Source: an uncultured virus (IMG/VR IMGVR_UViG_3300017971_000268) (lineage: Duplodnaviria > Heunggongvirae > Uroviricota > Caudoviricetes). Taken from it: a DNA stretch of 20,000 nucleotides. A model generated the notes under the pieces. It was not told the origin of the DNA, did not search any database, and worked only from the letters and a program-made list of their open reading frames with translations. The translations under genes were made by a program, and so were the position numbers. This document shows, one piece after another, positions 17,328 through 20,000 of the stretch. The stretch is taken from the IMG/VR virus record IMGVR_UViG_3300017971_000268; one strand, 5' to 3'. Within the stretch, counting starts at the first letter, position 1, and each line of letters starts with the position of its first letter.

Positions 17328-17488
17328 ATGAATTTTAGGAATATAGATGACATATTTGGTTGATTAAGGTATTTAAGGGTATGCCGGAGAAAGTATTTAA
17401 GGATGGTACTAAGGCTAATAGGTATTTAAAGATATTTGAGAAGGTTAAGGGTCGTTTATCTGGTAATAGTAAGGATATATATAGTTAG
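17328..17488 (+). pseudogene. Frameshifted gene remnant truncated at the cassette junction
   Basis: Start region duplicates that of the 16662 gene (MNFRNI vs MDFRNI); after a 1-nt shift the frame is open to a TAG supplied by the cassette core. Confidence 0.5.
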
Positions 17489-17565
17489 GCGAAAGACTTT
17501 GCCCCCTCTTCTGTTTTTGGGGCCGGCCATCCGTGGCCGGCTGTAATATTCCATAAAAATAATGC

Positions 17566-17591
17566 TACTCATAGTCTGTAGACATATAGTC
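17566..17591 (+). promoter_or_regulatory. Double C-box operator (C.PvuII-type)
   Basis: TACT-cat-AGTC-TGTA-GACA-tat-AGTC versus consensus GACTnnnAGTC-TGTA-GACTnnnAGTC. Confidence 0.88.
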
Positions 17592-17613
17592 ATCATTATG
17601 GTAATTATAAATT

Positions 17614-17829
17614 ATGAATCAACTGGAAATTATAGGCTCCAATATTAGAAAAATTAGGGTAAAAAAGGGGTTATCCCAAGAGAAACTTGCTGAAAAAGCA
17701 AATTTACATAGAACATATATTGGCTCAATAGAAAGAGGTGAACGCAATATATCTGTTTTAAATTTAATCAAGATAATTGATTCATTAGAATGTAATATTA
17801 CTGAAATCTTTAAAGGAATTACTAAATGA
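17614..17829 (+). CDS. R-M controller (C) protein, XRE HTH
   Basis: GLSQEKLAEKANLHRTYIGSIERGERNISVLNL; C-boxes upstream; ATGA-coupled to the next gene. Confidence 0.92.
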   Translation: MNQLEIIGSNIRKIRVKKGLSQEKLAEKANLHRTYIGSIERGERNISVLNLIKIIDSLECNITEIFKGITK

Positions 17830-18410
17830 CAAAACAAAGAATACAAGATAAATTAGATGAACAATTAAACCATAATTTAAATATGATTGGTACCTACTTA
17901 GAAAGAAATACTATTGAAGATTATAAACAACGATTTGAAGGCGATCCTGTTGATGAATTTTTATTAAAAATTGAAATTGATTCAAATGGAACAAAAGAAA
18001 TCGAGGAAGTTGATGGGTTTATCACATTGAATAATATACCTGAAGAATTTAAAGAACCATTTAAAACATTTTTAGATAAATATAAAGAAAGATGTTCCTC
18101 TATAATAGAAAAACCAATAGGCTTCGGTTTTGAATTTAGAGGTCGTTATGGAAAAAATGATGATTCACTATTGCAGAAAGACGAACATATGTCATCAGCA
18201 CTAATAAATCATAAAGTTATACCTGTACTTGGCATCTTTAGCACTTCAAATGCGATAGGTTCAATAAAAAGGCTCGAAAAAAGTTGGCTAATCCTTGAAG
18301 GAAATGATACAACATATTTTATAAAAGAATGCACAGAGTTTGATTTTATTGAATATTTAAAATCCAGAAAGCATAAAATAGACAAGGTAATGAATTTAAT
18401 TCACAAATGA
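17826..18410 (+). CDS. Putative type II restriction endonuclease
   Basis: Lies downstream of C and convergent with the methyltransferase; EVDGF...GFEFRGRY is a plausible variant PD-(D/E)xK site. Confidence 0.7.
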   Translation: MTKQRIQDKLDEQLNHNLNMIGTYLERNTIEDYKQRFEGDPVDEFLLKIEIDSNGTKEIEEVDGFITLNNIPEEFKEPFKTFLDKYKERCSSIIEKPIGFGFEFRGRYGKNDDSLLQKDEHMSSALINHKVIPVLGIFSTSNAIGSIKRLEKSWLILEGNDTTYFIKECTEFDFIEYLKSRKHKIDKVMNLIHK

Positions 18411-18417
18411 ATTAAAC

Positions 18418-19728
18418 TTATCTTTGTGCAAAAACAATCGATTCATATAAATCTTTACCACTATTTCTCTTTCGAAATCGAACTATTTTTGAATTGTATT
18501 CCAATCCTTTGAAAATATTAGATAATATTTCATCTGTACTAACTCTCACACCTTTTATATCTGAGACACCAACAACATAAGCTAGTTTGGGGTCTTCACA
18601 TAAAATTGGTTTCATCTTAATTATTTGTTGAGTCAATAAATTAAAATATTTCATCACATAATTGGCCATTAAATTATCGTATTCTCTAATTTTCTCAACA
18701 GCCTCACTTGCATAATCATCAACAACTTCATTTAATGGTTCAATTTTACCTTTTGCAAGTATTGATGTAGCTGTTCCCCAAGTTCCTCCTATAGTTTTTT
18801 TATCAAGATCGGCAGCTTCTTTAGGTGTATTAAAAAAATCGAAAAAATAAAGATATGGGCGCGTATTCCACACATAACTATATCTATTTGGGTATGGAGG
18901 TGAAGTAATTACAAAATCAATTTTATCTTTAATTGTTTCTTCATTTATGATAGTTGAATCAATATTTATTATTGTTCCAATATTATCATTATTTAATTTT
19001 TTAATTCTTTCCAAATCGCTGATAACTACATTAAAATGTTGATTATACCTTTTAATAACATCAATTATATCATTGTCACGATTAATAAAATGTAACTGTA
19101 ATTTCCCCAGTGTTACATTGGTTAAATCAGGAACTAATATTCCAGCAACTATTAATAAAAAAATATCTCTATAAATATCGTTTAAACAATTTGTTTCGTT
19201 AATTATTGCTTTCTTTAATATGAGTAAATCTTTTAATACATCTGGTCGCCACCACCGTTCAATATTATGTATCGTTGGCACATCAATATCTAATGATTGA
19301 TAATCTGAATTTAAGTATTTCTTTTGATAATCACTAAAACATTTGTTGATTGAATCATTCAATTCTAAAAGATTATCTATATCCAATGAATGTGAATTTA
19401 ATGACGTTTGACATACATAGTGTAAAAATTTATTAATTTCAAAACCATAGGATTTAATATTATTTAATTGACATTCAATTAATGTTGTACCAGCACCAGC
19501 AAACGGATCCAAAACTATTGAATTACTATTATAATTAAATTCATTTAAGATAATATTAACCAAATCAGGTCCAAAACTAGGAGTAAGTCTAAACCATCTA
19601 TGTATTGGTTTATCTTCACCAGACTTAAATGTTGCTAAATCCCTATGTATGCTTTTATAGTGCATATCATTAGAGATATCTGTTTCACTTTTAAATAAAT
19701 TTAATTGATATTCTGTTGTTAAATTCAT
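18418..19728 (-). CDS. DNA amino-methyltransferase, probably N4-cytosine, alpha-type motif order
   Basis: Motif I LDPFAGAGTT near the N-terminus; motif IV VITSPPY later. Confidence 0.92.
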   Translation of the reverse strand: MNLTTEYQLNLFKSETDISNDMHYKSIHRDLATFKSGEDKPIHRWFRLTPSFGPDLVNIILNEFNYNSNSIVLDPFAGAGTTLIECQLNNIKSYGFEINKFLHYVCQTSLNSHSLDIDNLLELNDSINKCFSDYQKKYLNSDYQSLDIDVPTIHNIERWWRPDVLKDLLILKKAIINETNCLNDIYRDIFLLIVAGILVPDLTNVTLGKLQLHFINRDNDIIDVIKRYNQHFNVVISDLERIKKLNNDNIGTIINIDSTIINEETIKDKIDFVITSPPYPNRYSYVWNTRPYLYFFDFFNTPKEAADLDKKTIGGTWGTATSILAKGKIEPLNEVVDDYASEAVEKIREYDNLMANYVMKYFNLLTQQIIKMKPILCEDPKLAYVVGVSDIKGVRVSTDEILSNIFKGLEYNSKIVRFRKRNSGKDLYESIVFAQR

Positions 19729-19733
19729 ATGAT

Positions 19734-19763
19734 GACTATAAGTTCCAGGTATACATATGTCAA
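19734..19763 (-). promoter_or_regulatory. Sigma-70 promoter of the methyltransferase gene overlapped by a single C-box
   Basis: TTGACA-17-TATAGT-catcat-ATG; AACT-tat-AGTC covers the -10. Confidence 0.8.
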
Positions 19764-19883
19764 GTACTTTATTAATAATTATACAATTTTCATTTATAAT
19801 AGTAATTAATCAATCTATTTTTCTTATGCCTCGGCCGTCCTTGGCCTCGGCAATTGGTTGATATGATGGGGGCAAAGTCCTTC

Positions 19884-19992
19884 GCCTAACACGGCGTAAT
19901 GCGCGGCGCTCCCTGCGGTCGCTTGGGCTTCGCCACATTTTCACCTCCGCTGCGCTATGGCGAAAACGTCGCATACGCCGAAAACGTTGTGC
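19884..19992 (+). other. attC recombination site (109 bp)
   Basis: R'' GCCTAAC; L'' cggcgtaatgcg pairs with L' cgcatacgccg leaving one extrahelical base; R' GTTGTGC; GC-rich imperfect palindrome. Confidence 0.88.
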
Positions 19993-20000
19993 GCAATGCC

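Larger units (their letters stand above)
17485..19986 (+). mobile_element. Integron gene cassette carrying a C-R-M restriction-modification system
   Basis: Begins G/TTAGGC at 17484 and ends in an attC whose inverse core GCCTAAC is its exact complement; composition differs from the G/T-rich flank. Confidence 0.85.

Noticed and set aside
17400..17490. attI site with adjacent integron integrase
   Set aside because: No tyrosine recombinase ORF upstream and no recognisable attI organisation; the DNA reads as an interrupted ORF
17614..18410. Toxin-antitoxin pair
   Set aside because: C-box operator and convergent methyltransferase fit a controller-endonuclease operon better
17484..19890. IS element defined by the 23-bp inverted repeats
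   Set aside because: No transposase and no target duplication; the right repeat runs directly into a canonical attC

Overview
AT-rich window that looks like part of a large uncultured bacteriophage or prophage; no capsid, terminase or integrase gene is present here, so this is an inference. Bases 1-15917 are one leftward cluster of mostly small genes with strong GGAGG ribosome-binding sites. The cluster includes two paralogous pairs of phiEco32-like COOH-NH2 ligase plus class II glutamine amidotransferase, two XRE-HTH genes, a zincin and a DUF2958-like gene. It is headed by two tandem perfect sigma-28 (FliA/SigD) consensus promoters, with further sigma-28-like promoters inside. Intergenic gaps repeatedly carry a palindrome CTGAAA-N15-TTTCAG (8 copies), and a repeat-rich non-coding block lies at about 6110-6890. 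After a strand-composition switch at about 16380 come a YkgJ-type Cys-cluster gene and a broken paralogous gene. That broken gene is cut by a 2.5-kb integron gene cassette (GTTAGGC core to a 109-bp attC) carrying a complete controller + endonuclease + N4-cytosine methyltransferase system with C-boxes at both promoters. A second cassette starts at the window edge.
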